From: an uncultured Candidatus Saccharibacteria bacterium
Lineage (GTDB): Bacteria; Patescibacteriota; Saccharimonadia; Saccharimonadales; Saccharimonadaceae
NCBI GenBank assembly: GCA_963514625.1
Contig: CAUPTB010000001.1
Span: 57,890 to 121,889 of the forward strand
Direction: 5' to 3'
Length of the DNA: 64,000 bases
Below, in pieces: positions 1 to 8,500 of this stretch. Made by a program: the position numbers and the translations under genes. Position 1 is the first letter of the stretch; the number at the start of each line of letters is the position of its first letter. Under the pieces are notes generated by a model that saw only the letters and a list, made by a program, of their open reading frames with translations, had not been told where the DNA came from and did no database searches.

Positions 1-46
1 TGTACTACTCGTACAGAGAAGAGCTATATATAGAGGGAAATTACAG
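1..46. repeat. Edge copy of a dispersed repeat module: TGTACTACTCGTAC-N17-AGAGGGAAATTACAG
   Basis: TGTACTACTCGTAC at 1-14, then AGAGGGAAATTACAG at 32-46 after exactly 17 nt. The same module with the same 17-nt spacing recurs at 29134-29179 (+) and 34897-34942 (-). Confidence 0.7.
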
Positions 47-1498
47 ACTTTGCCCTGAGCTCAGGCTGGTGCCGAGGAGTCCGGCTAGTGATCCTTGCAG
101 CTTATCTAGCGTTATAGGATCGCTGGGGATGGTAACATTGGGTCGCTTGTCCAGCCGCTCAACAGTCAGATCAAGCTGATAGTCGGCAGTGATGTTCTTC
201 TGCTTATCAAACAGCTTAGTCTTGATATTATATTTAGTGATCCGGTGCTTACCGATCAGTGAACCCTTAACCCATAACTTGGCACTAAAGCCACTTTGCT
301 TGATTGATTGTTTGGCGCTGCTAATTGCCTTATCGCTACTGACCTTCTCGATCTCGTTCGTCGATGCTCCGCCGCCACTAGTTACATTATTACTACTGAC
401 CTTCTCGATCTCGTTCGTCGATGCTCCGCCGCCACACTTAGTGCCCGCTGGTCCGTTGATACACTTTTTAGCTGGCGTTTCGTCGGAATACTTACTATCT
501 GTCTGTGCTTCACCGAGACACTTATGCAGGTCTTTGTATGTAGCCGTACCTTCCAGTTTCTTGGCAATCTTCGCCCAGGCGTCGGCATTCAGTGTCACCT
601 GATAGATAGTGCTATCACCCTCGGTGCCGGCGTTTCTGATATTGAGGAACTTGCTCTCCATGAGAATCTTGATCATCTCCAGCTTAGCCTCACGCTTGCT
701 GAGGTTGGATATGAGCTTGTCGGAACATTGAACGGATCGGTCAACTGAGATATTGTCAAGCTTGCTCAGATCCAGCTCAATCCACCGATTAACCAGGACA
801 TCCGCTATGGTCTTGATCAGACCTTGGAGCTGACCGGACTGATCATTTGGCGTGTTGACTTTGACGTCAGGGCTATCCTCACTGATGCTTTGTTCGGTAG
901 ATTGACTAGCCAGGTTCATATTGCCGGAGATGGCTTGGAAGTAACTATGGACGAGGGTGTTGTCAAACTTGACGTAGAGTTTGCCTTGGTTGGCGGCTAG
1001 ATCAACTTCGCCCAGCTTCATGGTTTTACCCTTGCCGGTGATGCTAATATTCGCCGTACCGCTACCCTGTTTCTTCTGCCCCAGCCAACCGGCTTCGCCT
1101 TGTAGCTTGATGCTGTTCCAATCAAGCTCACCGGACGCAGTGCTTGGCTGAGATGACTTGACCTCTACTGTGTATTTGACGGCACGATCAGACTGATCTG
1201 CATCAGCTTCCAGTGCCTCCCTGACGATCCGATCCGGGTTAGTCAAATGAAGAAAGGCTAAAGTCCCGCCGACTATCAGGATGAGAGCCAGGCTGATGGC
1301 GATGATAATCTTGACGGGCAATTTCTTGGATCGGCCGGCTGAGGGCTGAGCCGCCTGACCAAAAGGCGACGGCGCTGGACTGCTCGTTTCCTTGGTCGTA
1401 TTATCTGATGGCATGAGTTGGCTGATCTGATCTTGCCGGTGGGCTGAGTCACCAGCCGACGCCGAGACGGCGCCCTGATCCTGCTTATCGTTATTCAT
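41..1498 (-). CDS. Membrane-anchored (single N-terminal TM) secreted/surface protein, paralog of 1638..2972
   Basis: Long ORF. The likely start is MNNDKQDQ (ATG at 1498), matching the paralog's MDNDKQDQ. It has a disordered N-terminus, the TM helix IIIAISLALILIVGGTLAFL, and shared blocks (IVREALE, LDWN/GQKKQGSG, IKILMESKFLNI, YQVTLNADAWAK). Confidence 0.75.
   Translation of the reverse strand: MNNDKQDQGAVSASAGDSAHRQDQISQLMPSDNTTKETSSPAPSPFGQAAQPSAGRSKKLPVKIIIAISLALILIVGGTLAFLHLTNPDRIVREALEADADQSDRAVKYTVEVKSSQPSTASGELDWNSIKLQGEAGWLGQKKQGSGTANISITGKGKTMKLGEVDLAANQGKLYVKFDNTLVHSYFQAISGNMNLASQSTEQSISEDSPDVKVNTPNDQSGQLQGLIKTIADVLVNRWIELDLSKLDNISVDRSVQCSDKLISNLSKREAKLEMIKILMESKFLNIRNAGTEGDSTIYQVTLNADAWAKIAKKLEGTATYKDLHKCLGEAQTDSKYSDETPAKKCINGPAGTKCGGGASTNEIEKVSSNNVTSGGGASTNEIEKVSSDKAISSAKQSIKQSGFSAKLWVKGSLIGKHRITKYNIKTKLFDKQKNITADYQLDLTVERLDKRPNVTIPSDPITLDKLQGSLAGLLGTSLSSGQSL
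336..435. repeat. In-frame tandem duplication (57-nt period) inside the CDS
   Basis: A 43-nt perfect copy CTACTGACCTTCTCGATCTCGTTCGTCGATGCTCCGCCGCCAC lies at 336-378 and 393-435. It encodes GGGASTNEIEKVSS twice. Confidence 0.9.
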
Positions 1499-1637
1499 GG
1501 TTTTAGTATAACATGAGTCTTCTCGTGTAGCATTCCTGTCCGGCACCTAGATGACGTTGGTGGCAATTTTTGGCGGGCAACCCCTCGCAATATCTAGGCG
1601 AGAACGAATAACGAGGGTTTGACGGCAGAAACCGGGG

Positions 1638-2972
1638 CTATTTGAGCCGGGCGGCTTGATTTACCCGCTTCTCGGCTTGCTCCAGTGTCATTGATTTGGT
1701 CGGAGTGACGATTTCAGGCTTCTTCTCCAGCGGTTTAATGGTTAGATCGATTGCCCCCAACCCCTTATTGCCCGGCAATCTAAATGGTTTTGTGGTGATG
1801 TTATACTCGGTGACCTGATATTTTAATAGCGACGATTTCTTAATGCGCAGTTTGATGGTGGGGTCGCTCCAGCTAAGGAGCTTCTTCATATCCTTTCCCT
1901 GCGTACACTCATGAAGACCTCGGAGTGAATCAAGCTTAGCTAGCTGTTTGGCGACATCGGCCCAGGCATCGGGATTAAGCTTGATCTGATAAGTGGTGAT
2001 GCCTTTATCCTCTGTCCCAACTACCTTGATATCTAGGAGCTTACTCTCCATAATAATCTTGATCAGCTTTGAGTCGGTCTCGGGCTGAATCAGGTCGGCT
2101 ATGAGTCTGCCGGTACATTTGTCGTCAAACTTAAGCTTGTCCGAATCGAGCTTGATCCATTGATTGGGTATGACATCAATTACGGCCAGCAACTTCTTGC
2201 GGAGCCGAATAATATTGGCTAAGGCTCTTGCCTTGATATCAGAATCGGCACTACCGAACCTCTCCTTTATCCGGTCGTCCTGCATGACAAAGCCTTTGGT
2301 CAATCGGAAGTAGTTTTCAAGTAAGTTGTCGCCCGCTTTGACGTAGATTTCATTCCGATCATTGCTGACCAGGTCAACCTTACCTAGTTTTGTCGCTATA
2401 TCGACGCCTTGCAGTCCACTGATCTGACGTGCCCGTCCGAGGGGAGTTGGTTCTTTGCCGTCAAGCCTGGCGTCGTCTTCGTAGATTATGATAATGTCGG
2501 TTGTGCCGCCGCCTTGCTTCTTTTGCCCGGATCGGCTGATCTCGCCCTCTAATATGGCGCTGTGTACGTGCACTATAGTGTCATATGCGGTCACGAAGTC
2601 ATTCTGGTATTTTTCGCTACTCGGCTTGGGATTGATTGTTGCACGATACTTGAGGACTCGGTCAGTTTGTGCGACGCTATCCTCAAGGGCTTTTCTGACG
2701 ATTCGGCGAGGGTTGTTCAAGTAAAGCCAGGCTACCATGCCACTGACCACTAGAACCAGAATTAGGCTGATAGCGATGATAATTTTACGGGGCGATTTCT
2801 TAGGCTTGTCGATAGACGGTGGGGCGAATCGTGGTGGTGTCGGATTAACCGGATTAGTTATTGTGCCGGCGGTCCCGTCCGGCTGAAATGGCTGAGGTTG
2901 GGCGTTCAAGCTATTGCCGAATCGGTCAGGAGATGCCGGATCTACCTCCTGATCCTGCTTATCGTTATCCAT
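1638..2972 (-). CDS. Membrane-anchored surface protein, paralog of 41..1498
   Basis: ORF of 444 aa with MDNDKQDQ, a P-rich disordered N-terminus, the TM helix IIIAISLILVLVVSGMVAWL and blocks conserved with the neighbouring gene. Confidence 0.75.
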   Translation of the reverse strand: MDNDKQDQEVDPASPDRFGNSLNAQPQPFQPDGTAGTITNPVNPTPPRFAPPSIDKPKKSPRKIIIAISLILVLVVSGMVAWLYLNNPRRIVRKALEDSVAQTDRVLKYRATINPKPSSEKYQNDFVTAYDTIVHVHSAILEGEISRSGQKKQGGGTTDIIIIYEDDARLDGKEPTPLGRARQISGLQGVDIATKLGKVDLVSNDRNEIYVKAGDNLLENYFRLTKGFVMQDDRIKERFGSADSDIKARALANIIRLRKKLLAVIDVIPNQWIKLDSDKLKFDDKCTGRLIADLIQPETDSKLIKIIMESKLLDIKVVGTEDKGITTYQIKLNPDAWADVAKQLAKLDSLRGLHECTQGKDMKKLLSWSDPTIKLRIKKSSLLKYQVTEYNITTKPFRLPGNKGLGAIDLTIKPLEKKPEIVTPTKSMTLEQAEKRVNQAARLK

Positions 2973-3036
2973 GATCTTAGTATAGCATGATCCTTGGACA
3001 CAGAGTTGTCCAATTAGAGAAAAGAAGCTAAAATAG

Positions 3037-3354
3037 ATGATGTTAAATCATTGCAGTAGAGATATGGAGACTGACGACGAGATAAATGAACAGCCGGATG
3101 CGGCGGAAATCCGACGTCGCTTGATGGCGGCAGATGAAGCTGAGGCGCAGCGGATCATTCAATATATGATTGACTGCCCGGCGGAGGACTGGTTTGAGGT
3201 CGGCTTTGCTATCGATGACGATATGAATTATCCACATCGAGAGCTGATCAAGAAGTATCGGAATGATATTTTCGGCTCAGCCGCCATAGCCGTGGCTGAC
3301 AATGATGGGCTGACTCGGTCGCCTGACGATGATGAAGATATGATGGATAAATAG
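3037..3354 (+). CDS. Small acidic hypothetical protein
   Basis: ORF of 105 aa followed 5 nt later by a stem-loop. No recognisable motif. Confidence 0.45.
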   Translation: MMLNHCSRDMETDDEINEQPDAAEIRRRLMAADEAEAQRIIQYMIDCPAEDWFEVGFAIDDDMNYPHRELIKKYRNDIFGSAAIAVADNDGLTRSPDDDEDMMDK

Positions 3355-3358
3355 AAAG

Positions 3359-3382
3359 CCCCGCCTTTCGTAAAAGGCGGGG
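3359..3382. terminator. Stem-loop between convergent genes (bidirectional terminator candidate)
   Basis: CCCCGCCTT-TCGTAA-AAGGCGGGG. The U-rich tail is present only on the minus-strand reading (CUUUCUAUUU). Confidence 0.6.
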
Positions 3383-3444
3383 TGCAGTAGGCTTGACGAG
3401 TGTAGATTACTGTACTTGACTACTTCAACAAAGAAGCGTCGTTG

Positions 3445-3672
3445 TTATTTCTTCTTCCTGTTGGAAGACCTTCTAGACTCAAAGATTGTTTCTCCGTACT
3501 CATCTAGACCTATGTGGATGTGTTCGCCGCTCACTTTGTCCTCGATTAGAAAATCCGATGCCACCATCTTTCCTGTTTTGTGATCTATTTCTCCAGATCT
3601 AACTCCGACCCAGACACCTTTATTCGGCTCGTCGTCTGAATCGACCTGTGTTTCAAACGGATTCTTTGACAT
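3445..3672 (-). CDS. Small hypothetical protein
   Basis: ORF. The internal ATG at 3672 (MSKNPFETQ) is preceded by AAGGAGA. The longer ORF-track N-terminus has no RBS. Confidence 0.5.
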   Translation of the reverse strand: MSKNPFETQVDSDDEPNKGVWVGVRSGEIDHKTGKMVASDFLIEDKVSGEHIHIGLDEYGETIFESRRSSNRKKK

Positions 3673-3751
3673 TAGAGACCCCCGTCTCCTTTGTGGCCTA
3701 CTGCCCCACCATCTTAACACATAAGTGAAGTGTAGATGCTATAATCTGCTT

Positions 3752-4141
3752 ATGGATAAAGAGATCTTACGTCACCGGGAATTCATGCAGACTAAGCTGG
3801 AGAGGCTGGCTAGCGAACGTCGGGGTAAGCAACAAACCGAGCAGCTTTGGCTGCTGTGGCGCTACCATCACTACCAAGTGCAGAACTTTCAGCACGAGCG
3901 CCAGATCCATCTGCTGGTCACGATTACCTTTGGCCTGATCATGCTGGGCGGCTGGGCGGGTCTGCTGGGCTGGCTGGTGGTCACCGGCGGCTCGTTTGAT
4001 ACGGTGACTTGGCTGATCATTGCCCTAGTGACCATTCTGACGATCTTAGAGGGGGCATACCTGGGCTACTACTATCGGCTGGAAAATCGAATCCAGCTAC
4101 TCTATCAGCTAGACGATCAGATCTACCGAGCTTTGTCGTGA
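3752..4141 (+). CDS. Small membrane protein (2-3 TM)
   Basis: The ATG at 3752 (MDKEILRH) lies 6 nt after TGCTATAAT (3737-3745). Hydrophobic stretches: LVTITFGLIMLGGWAGLLGWLVV and WLIIALVTILTILEGAYLGYYY. Confidence 0.6.
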   Translation: MDKEILRHREFMQTKLERLASERRGKQQTEQLWLLWRYHHYQVQNFQHERQIHLLVTITFGLIMLGGWAGLLGWLVVTGGSFDTVTWLIIALVTILTILEGAYLGYYYRLENRIQLLYQLDDQIYRALS

Positions 4142-4172
4142 CGATGTGCTAAGATGAAAGCTAGGGTAAGTT

Positions 4173-4901
4173 ATGATATTCCGAGTAGCTGACGACAGAC
4201 TAAGTACAGCCAACCGACCTCGGCCTCGTCTGATCAGGCTAATCGAGACTGACTATAGCGATGACTGGCACCGGCTGATTTTCTGGCGCAATACTTTCCT
4301 GATCTACTGGATATTCTCGCTGATCGGTCATGTCCTGGAGCTGATCTGGGTTAATCTGCCCTTGCTGACCAATCAGCCGCCGATCAATGTACTGCCGACC
4401 TTTGTCTTAGCGGCACCTTACGGCTTCGGAGCGTTGGCGCTAATCTGGGTGATCTATCCCTTGATCAAAGAGAACCGAATCAATGCTCCGACCGTATTTG
4501 TCTTGAGCTGCATCCTGGGCGGAGTGATCGAATTTATCTGTGCGGCGACCATCGTGGCGGTGACGCCGGATCATACCAACTACTACTGGGATTATAGCGA
4601 TCAGCCCTTTAACCTATTTGGCTTTATCTGCCTCAAGAACTGCCTGGCTTTCGGCGTGGCATCAGTGCCGGGAGTTTATTGGGGCTTTCCCTTGGTCAAT
4701 AATCTGATCAACTGGCTGGATAAGCATTGGCGTCAGGTACTGAATGTCGGTACGGTGGGGCTATTTACCGTCTATATGGCTATCCAAGTGATGGTGATGA
4801 GCGGTCACCCGCCGGCCAAAGTCTTTCACCTGCCTCGTCCGTATTTTGACATAGCCGGTGTCTGTAAGAATCAGCCGACTTGCCCGCCACCCCGCAAATA
4901 G
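4173..4901 (+). CDS. Polytopic membrane protein, function unknown
   Basis: ORF of 242 aa with at least 5 hydrophobic helices. Confidence 0.6.
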   Translation: MIFRVADDRLSTANRPRPRLIRLIETDYSDDWHRLIFWRNTFLIYWIFSLIGHVLELIWVNLPLLTNQPPINVLPTFVLAAPYGFGALALIWVIYPLIKENRINAPTVFVLSCILGGVIEFICAATIVAVTPDHTNYYWDYSDQPFNLFGFICLKNCLAFGVASVPGVYWGFPLVNNLINWLDKHWRQVLNVGTVGLFTVYMAIQVMVMSGHPPAKVFHLPRPYFDIAGVCKNQPTCPPPRK

Positions 4902-4937
4902 GTGGTATTTTAGCCGGCTTTGGTGCATAGTAATGGT

Positions 4938-5528
4938 ATGAAGAACGATGCTAAGCCTCTACTATATGAGCAGATCATGGCTGATCCGATGAATGCCGAC
5001 TATACTGACCGGGGATGGCAGCCGGTCTACTCGGCTTCGCCCCATTCACGGATAGTCATAGTCGGGCAAGCGCCGGGGCGAGTCGCCCAAGAGACGGGCA
5101 AGCCCTGGAATGATATCAGCGGACAAAATCTCCGCCAGTGGCTGAATGTGACGGAAGAGCAATTTTACAACCCTAGACTGTTCGCTCTAATGCCGATGGA
5201 CTTTTACTACCCGGGCAAGGGCAAGCACGGTGACTTGCCGCCTCGACGGGAGTTTGCCGAGAAGTGGCACTCTCGCCTGCTCGACCGGATGACCGAGGTG
5301 AAGCTGACAATCTTAGTCGGAGCGTATGCTCAGAAGTTCTACCTGGCAGGACAAGCCAAGCGAGATCTGACTGAGACGGTAGCGAGCTACGGGGAGTATC
5401 TGCCCAAGTATTTTCCGCTGGTTCACCCCTCACCACTTAACTTTCGTTGGCGCAAGCGCAATCCTTGGTTTGCCGGTGAGGTAATCCCGGCTCTGCAACG
5501 GGTGGTGCAGGAAGTACTGGCTGACTAA
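4938..5528 (+). CDS. Uracil-DNA glycosylase superfamily protein
   Basis: Motifs IVGQAPG...G.PWND and HPSPLN, typical of the UDG superfamily. The start is ambiguous (TTG at 4920 or ATG at 4938). Confidence 0.7.
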   Translation: MKNDAKPLLYEQIMADPMNADYTDRGWQPVYSASPHSRIVIVGQAPGRVAQETGKPWNDISGQNLRQWLNVTEEQFYNPRLFALMPMDFYYPGKGKHGDLPPRREFAEKWHSRLLDRMTEVKLTILVGAYAQKFYLAGQAKRDLTETVASYGEYLPKYFPLVHPSPLNFRWRKRNPWFAGEVIPALQRVVQEVLAD

Positions 5529-5614
5529 ATATCTGCTTATCTTTAGGGGTAGGTCAACCTCCGCCCTTTTGAACAAGCCACCCATCGACGGAGGCTTGTT
5601 GCTTGGGGTTTTAT

Positions 5615-6367
5615 TTACATTAGTCCGTCACTCAGCCCGGTGACCGGCGGTGGTAACTTGACCGGTGAAGCATAAGCTCTGGGTAGCATCATCCACGGTC
5701 GCCAAGCCCGCTTGACGGCAGCCAGGTCATCGCTGATATTCGACTGATAATTACCGGACGCTCGAGCATACTCGGTAGCGACCGGGCCGGTGACGCTAAA
5801 GACTATCTGGGCTATGCGATAGCCGATCGGTAGGACGACATAGCTGTACTCATTTAGATTATGAATCTCCATCGTCCAGCGGTTGATGTAGCCCGGGTCA
5901 CCCCAACCGGCGCAATAGCAGGCGCTGATGCCGATGCGTCCGGTGGTACTGCGAGCTTGCATACTGGTGGTACCCGGCGGCAAGATGCCGATGAACTCGT
6001 GGGTGTGTGCCAAGATTCGCTCATTGGGGTGAAGGACGATGACCGGATGATCGTCGTCGATGCCGGCGAGTGTGTCAATATTAGCTACTTCCGGTCGGCT
6101 AATCTTGCGTCGAGCCTCACGCCATGGTCTGGCGGTCAAATAATCGCCAAAGTACTGCCGGGTGCTAGCTTGGTCAAAGGGGTTGAACAGCTCGTCTTGC
6201 CGGCTGCCACCAGCTCGGTAAAAATAATATCCCAGAGTGACGTCGATACTACTGCCGTTGATCTGAGCCGGCGCCGGGTCGCAGACGATATGACCCTGCT
6301 TCAGTCCGGCAATAATCTCGGTGTCACTGTAGACACCGGTCGGTTGATGTTGGGACTGATTAGTCAT
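5615..6367 (-). CDS. dcd: dCTP deaminase / dUTPase-fold protein
   Basis: INGSSIDVTLG, HPNERILAHTHEFIGILP, ARSTTGRIGIS, GDPGY..RWTMEIHN and RIAQIVF match the Dcd family layout. At 250 aa it is longer than classical Dcd. Confidence 0.7.
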   Translation of the reverse strand: MTNQSQHQPTGVYSDTEIIAGLKQGHIVCDPAPAQINGSSIDVTLGYYFYRAGGSRQDELFNPFDQASTRQYFGDYLTARPWREARRKISRPEVANIDTLAGIDDDHPVIVLHPNERILAHTHEFIGILPPGTTSMQARSTTGRIGISACYCAGWGDPGYINRWTMEIHNLNEYSYVVLPIGYRIAQIVFSVTGPVATEYARASGNYQSNISDDLAAVKRAWRPWMMLPRAYASPVKLPPPVTGLSDGLM

Positions 6368-6396
6368 GGTCGGGCTATTATAGTAGAGACGACTAC

Positions 6397-7002
6397 TTAC
6401 AGACTTAGAATCTTGTGTTCATAAACGTACTCAATTCTGGTACCGTTATACTCGGTAACGGTTTGATCGCCAACGGGATAAGTATGGCCGTGTAGCCAGA
6501 CCTTTGGGTGATAAAGGTCAAGATATTGGCGCAAAGCGTTGAAACCCTGGTGGTCTATCGCTTCCTCGTCATTAATTCCCCTTGGTGGACAGTGCGATAG
6601 AAAGACATCTACCGGAGGAAATCCCTGCATTAGCTTAGTGGCTTCTGCTTGTGTGTACATGATGGCTTGGGGATTATCCTTGTAACGGACGCAACCCTGA
6701 AAGCCACCAAAGGTCAGTCCTCTGTACTGCCAAATCTTGCAGTGCATATCAGCGATGCCCACCTCTTGCATATATTCCCCGCTATCATGATTACCGTAAA
6801 CTCCAATCTTGGGGATATCGGTGATATAGGCTAGCGCCAATAAATCGCTTCGGTCAAAGTCGCCCAGAGTAATAATCAAGTCAATTTGCCGGTCTCTGAC
6901 CGTCTGAATAATATCTATCTTAGGGCGACGATCGGCTAAGGCTAGTACTCGTAGAGGTGTCCTTGCCGTAGCTGACTGATCGTTATATGGAGATTGAATC
7001 AT
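6397..7002 (-). CDS. Metallophosphoesterase (calcineurin-like)
   Basis: Motifs GDFD, GNHD and HGHTY in canonical order. Confidence 0.7.
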   Translation of the reverse strand: MIQSPYNDQSATARTPLRVLALADRRPKIDIIQTVRDRQIDLIITLGDFDRSDLLALAYITDIPKIGVYGNHDSGEYMQEVGIADMHCKIWQYRGLTFGGFQGCVRYKDNPQAIMYTQAEATKLMQGFPPVDVFLSHCPPRGINDEEAIDHQGFNALRQYLDLYHPKVWLHGHTYPVGDQTVTEYNGTRIEYVYEHKILSL

Positions 7003-7162
7003 TAGTTTTCCATCCTACTGTCTACCAATAATGCTCATTCTATCATAAATATGTTTTTTAAGAAGCAGTCAGATTCGGACCAGGTTAATGTAACGGGTGT
7101 GATTACACTGTATTCTACCTGTGGTATGGTGTCATGTGTCATGTCGGGATATAATGTAGCTA

Positions 7163-7825
7163 ATGTCTAAGCAAGGGCAATATATCGTCATCGAGGGTAA
7201 TGACGGTACTGGTAAAACAACTCAGCTGGAGCTATTGGCGAAGTATCTTAGTTCGCTCGGTCGCCGGGTAGAGGTAATTGAAGAACCGGGTAGTGACGAC
7301 CCGGCTAAGTCTACCCCGGTAGCGAATTACTTGCGGCAACTGATCAAAGACAGTCAGCTGGAGCGTTCTGCTGAGATCAACCTGGCTCTGTTTAGTGCGG
7401 CTCGGCGGGAACTGTGGCAGCACAAGATATCTCCCGCTTTAGATAGCGGCGCTACGGTATTGTCGTCACGCAACTTTATCTCTACTCTAGCCTATCAGGG
7501 GTATGGCGAGGGGCTGGACATAGCTCACATCAGGCAGGTGACTGAGCTATTCACTAGCGAGCGATACATGAGTCCGGACCATACAATCATCCTAACTTTA
7601 GATGACGAAACGGAGCGGATCAAACGGATTAGTCAGCGAGGTGAGTTGGAGTGCCCTGATACTTTCGAGTCGAGAGACGGTGCTTTTCAATGTCGGGTTA
7701 ATTCAGGCTACCGGAAGATTGCCCGGCGGTATCACTTCCCTGTCATTGATTGTCTGGCGTCGGATGGTCGGCGCAAGACCATTGACGAAGTTCAGACCGA
7801 GATCAAACGGATCGTCAGAGCTTAG
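7163..7825 (+). CDS. tmk: Thymidylate kinase
   Basis: P-loop IVIEGNDGTGKTTQ, a DR(F/Y)-type segment (SSRNFISTLAYQG), and family-typical length. Confidence 0.85.
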   Translation: MSKQGQYIVIEGNDGTGKTTQLELLAKYLSSLGRRVEVIEEPGSDDPAKSTPVANYLRQLIKDSQLERSAEINLALFSAARRELWQHKISPALDSGATVLSSRNFISTLAYQGYGEGLDIAHIRQVTELFTSERYMSPDHTIILTLDDETERIKRISQRGELECPDTFESRDGAFQCRVNSGYRKIARRYHFPVIDCLASDGRRKTIDEVQTEIKRIVRA

Positions 7826-7860
7826 CGCAGGGCTTTATCGATTTCGCCTTTACTAAAGCC

Positions 7861-8058
7861 CTATTCCAGCAGAGCCTTGTAGATACAAGTACTGATCGTC
7901 TTGTGAGTGTGGTACGGTATGGTGATGGGGTGCATCTTGTCATTTGGGCTGTATACTCGTATGTGGCTGCCCTTACCGCTGTGCTTATCGATGCGAAGCC
8001 CTAGCTTACGACATGCCTTAACCCAACGTTTTTGGGTTAGGTCGGTTAGCGAGGTCAT
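7861..8058 (-). CDS. hicA: HicA-like mRNA interferase toxin
   Basis: 65 aa with a K..CRKLG...GKGSHIRVY.....P.TIPYH pattern typical of HicA/YcfA. Confidence 0.65.
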   Translation of the reverse strand: MTSLTDLTQKRWVKACRKLGLRIDKHSGKGSHIRVYSPNDKMHPITIPYHTHKTISTCIYKALLE

Positions 8059-8073
8059 ATGATGGCGTTATGA

Positions 8074-8424
8074 TTAGGCTGAAACGAGTGTCTTATGCTT
8101 CTTGACCTTTGGCTCACCGGCTACTCTCAGTAGTGCAGAGTCACAATACCGAGCCGGCACGCCGAAATAAGTATATGTAGCGTCTTTGAGCATGTCGCCT
8201 ACGTCATCTTGAGCTGACCCACCGGTGATGATGCCGGCCGGATCAATCGACCCAGCGCACCAATCACCATTGTCGTCATGATTAATCACGAAGCGAATAT
8301 GCTTGCCCGGCAAAGCATTGACGGAGCGTTGCATCTCGTCAATAGCCTGACATTTGGTCGGGTCAGCTTCGAAACCTAACTTGCGTAAGGCTAGGGATAA
8401 CCTGTACTCAGCACTATATTTCAT
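8074..8424 (-). CDS. hicB: HicB-like antitoxin candidate
   Basis: 116 aa immediately upstream of hicA (15-nt gap). The segment IRFVINHDDNGDWCAGSIDPAGIITGGSAQDDVGDMLKDA resembles the HicB N-domain. No obvious DNA-binding C-domain. Confidence 0.45.
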   Translation of the reverse strand: MKYSAEYRLSLALRKLGFEADPTKCQAIDEMQRSVNALPGKHIRFVINHDDNGDWCAGSIDPAGIITGGSAQDDVGDMLKDATYTYFGVPARYCDSALLRVAGEPKVKKHKTLVSA

Positions 8425-8500
8425 ATGTCGTCCTTCCGGTGCCTATAGTATAACGCATCTCGCATACGTTTGTACACGAGTCAGAGGTGGATCGTTAAGC

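Noticed and set aside
382-748. Multiple overlapping ORFs opposite or within 41..1498, and similar antisense ORFs inside cas9, topA, the DUF2207 genes, the helicase and others
   Set aside because: They are embedded in longer motif-bearing genes on the other strand or frame, and have low-complexity or repeat-driven translations.
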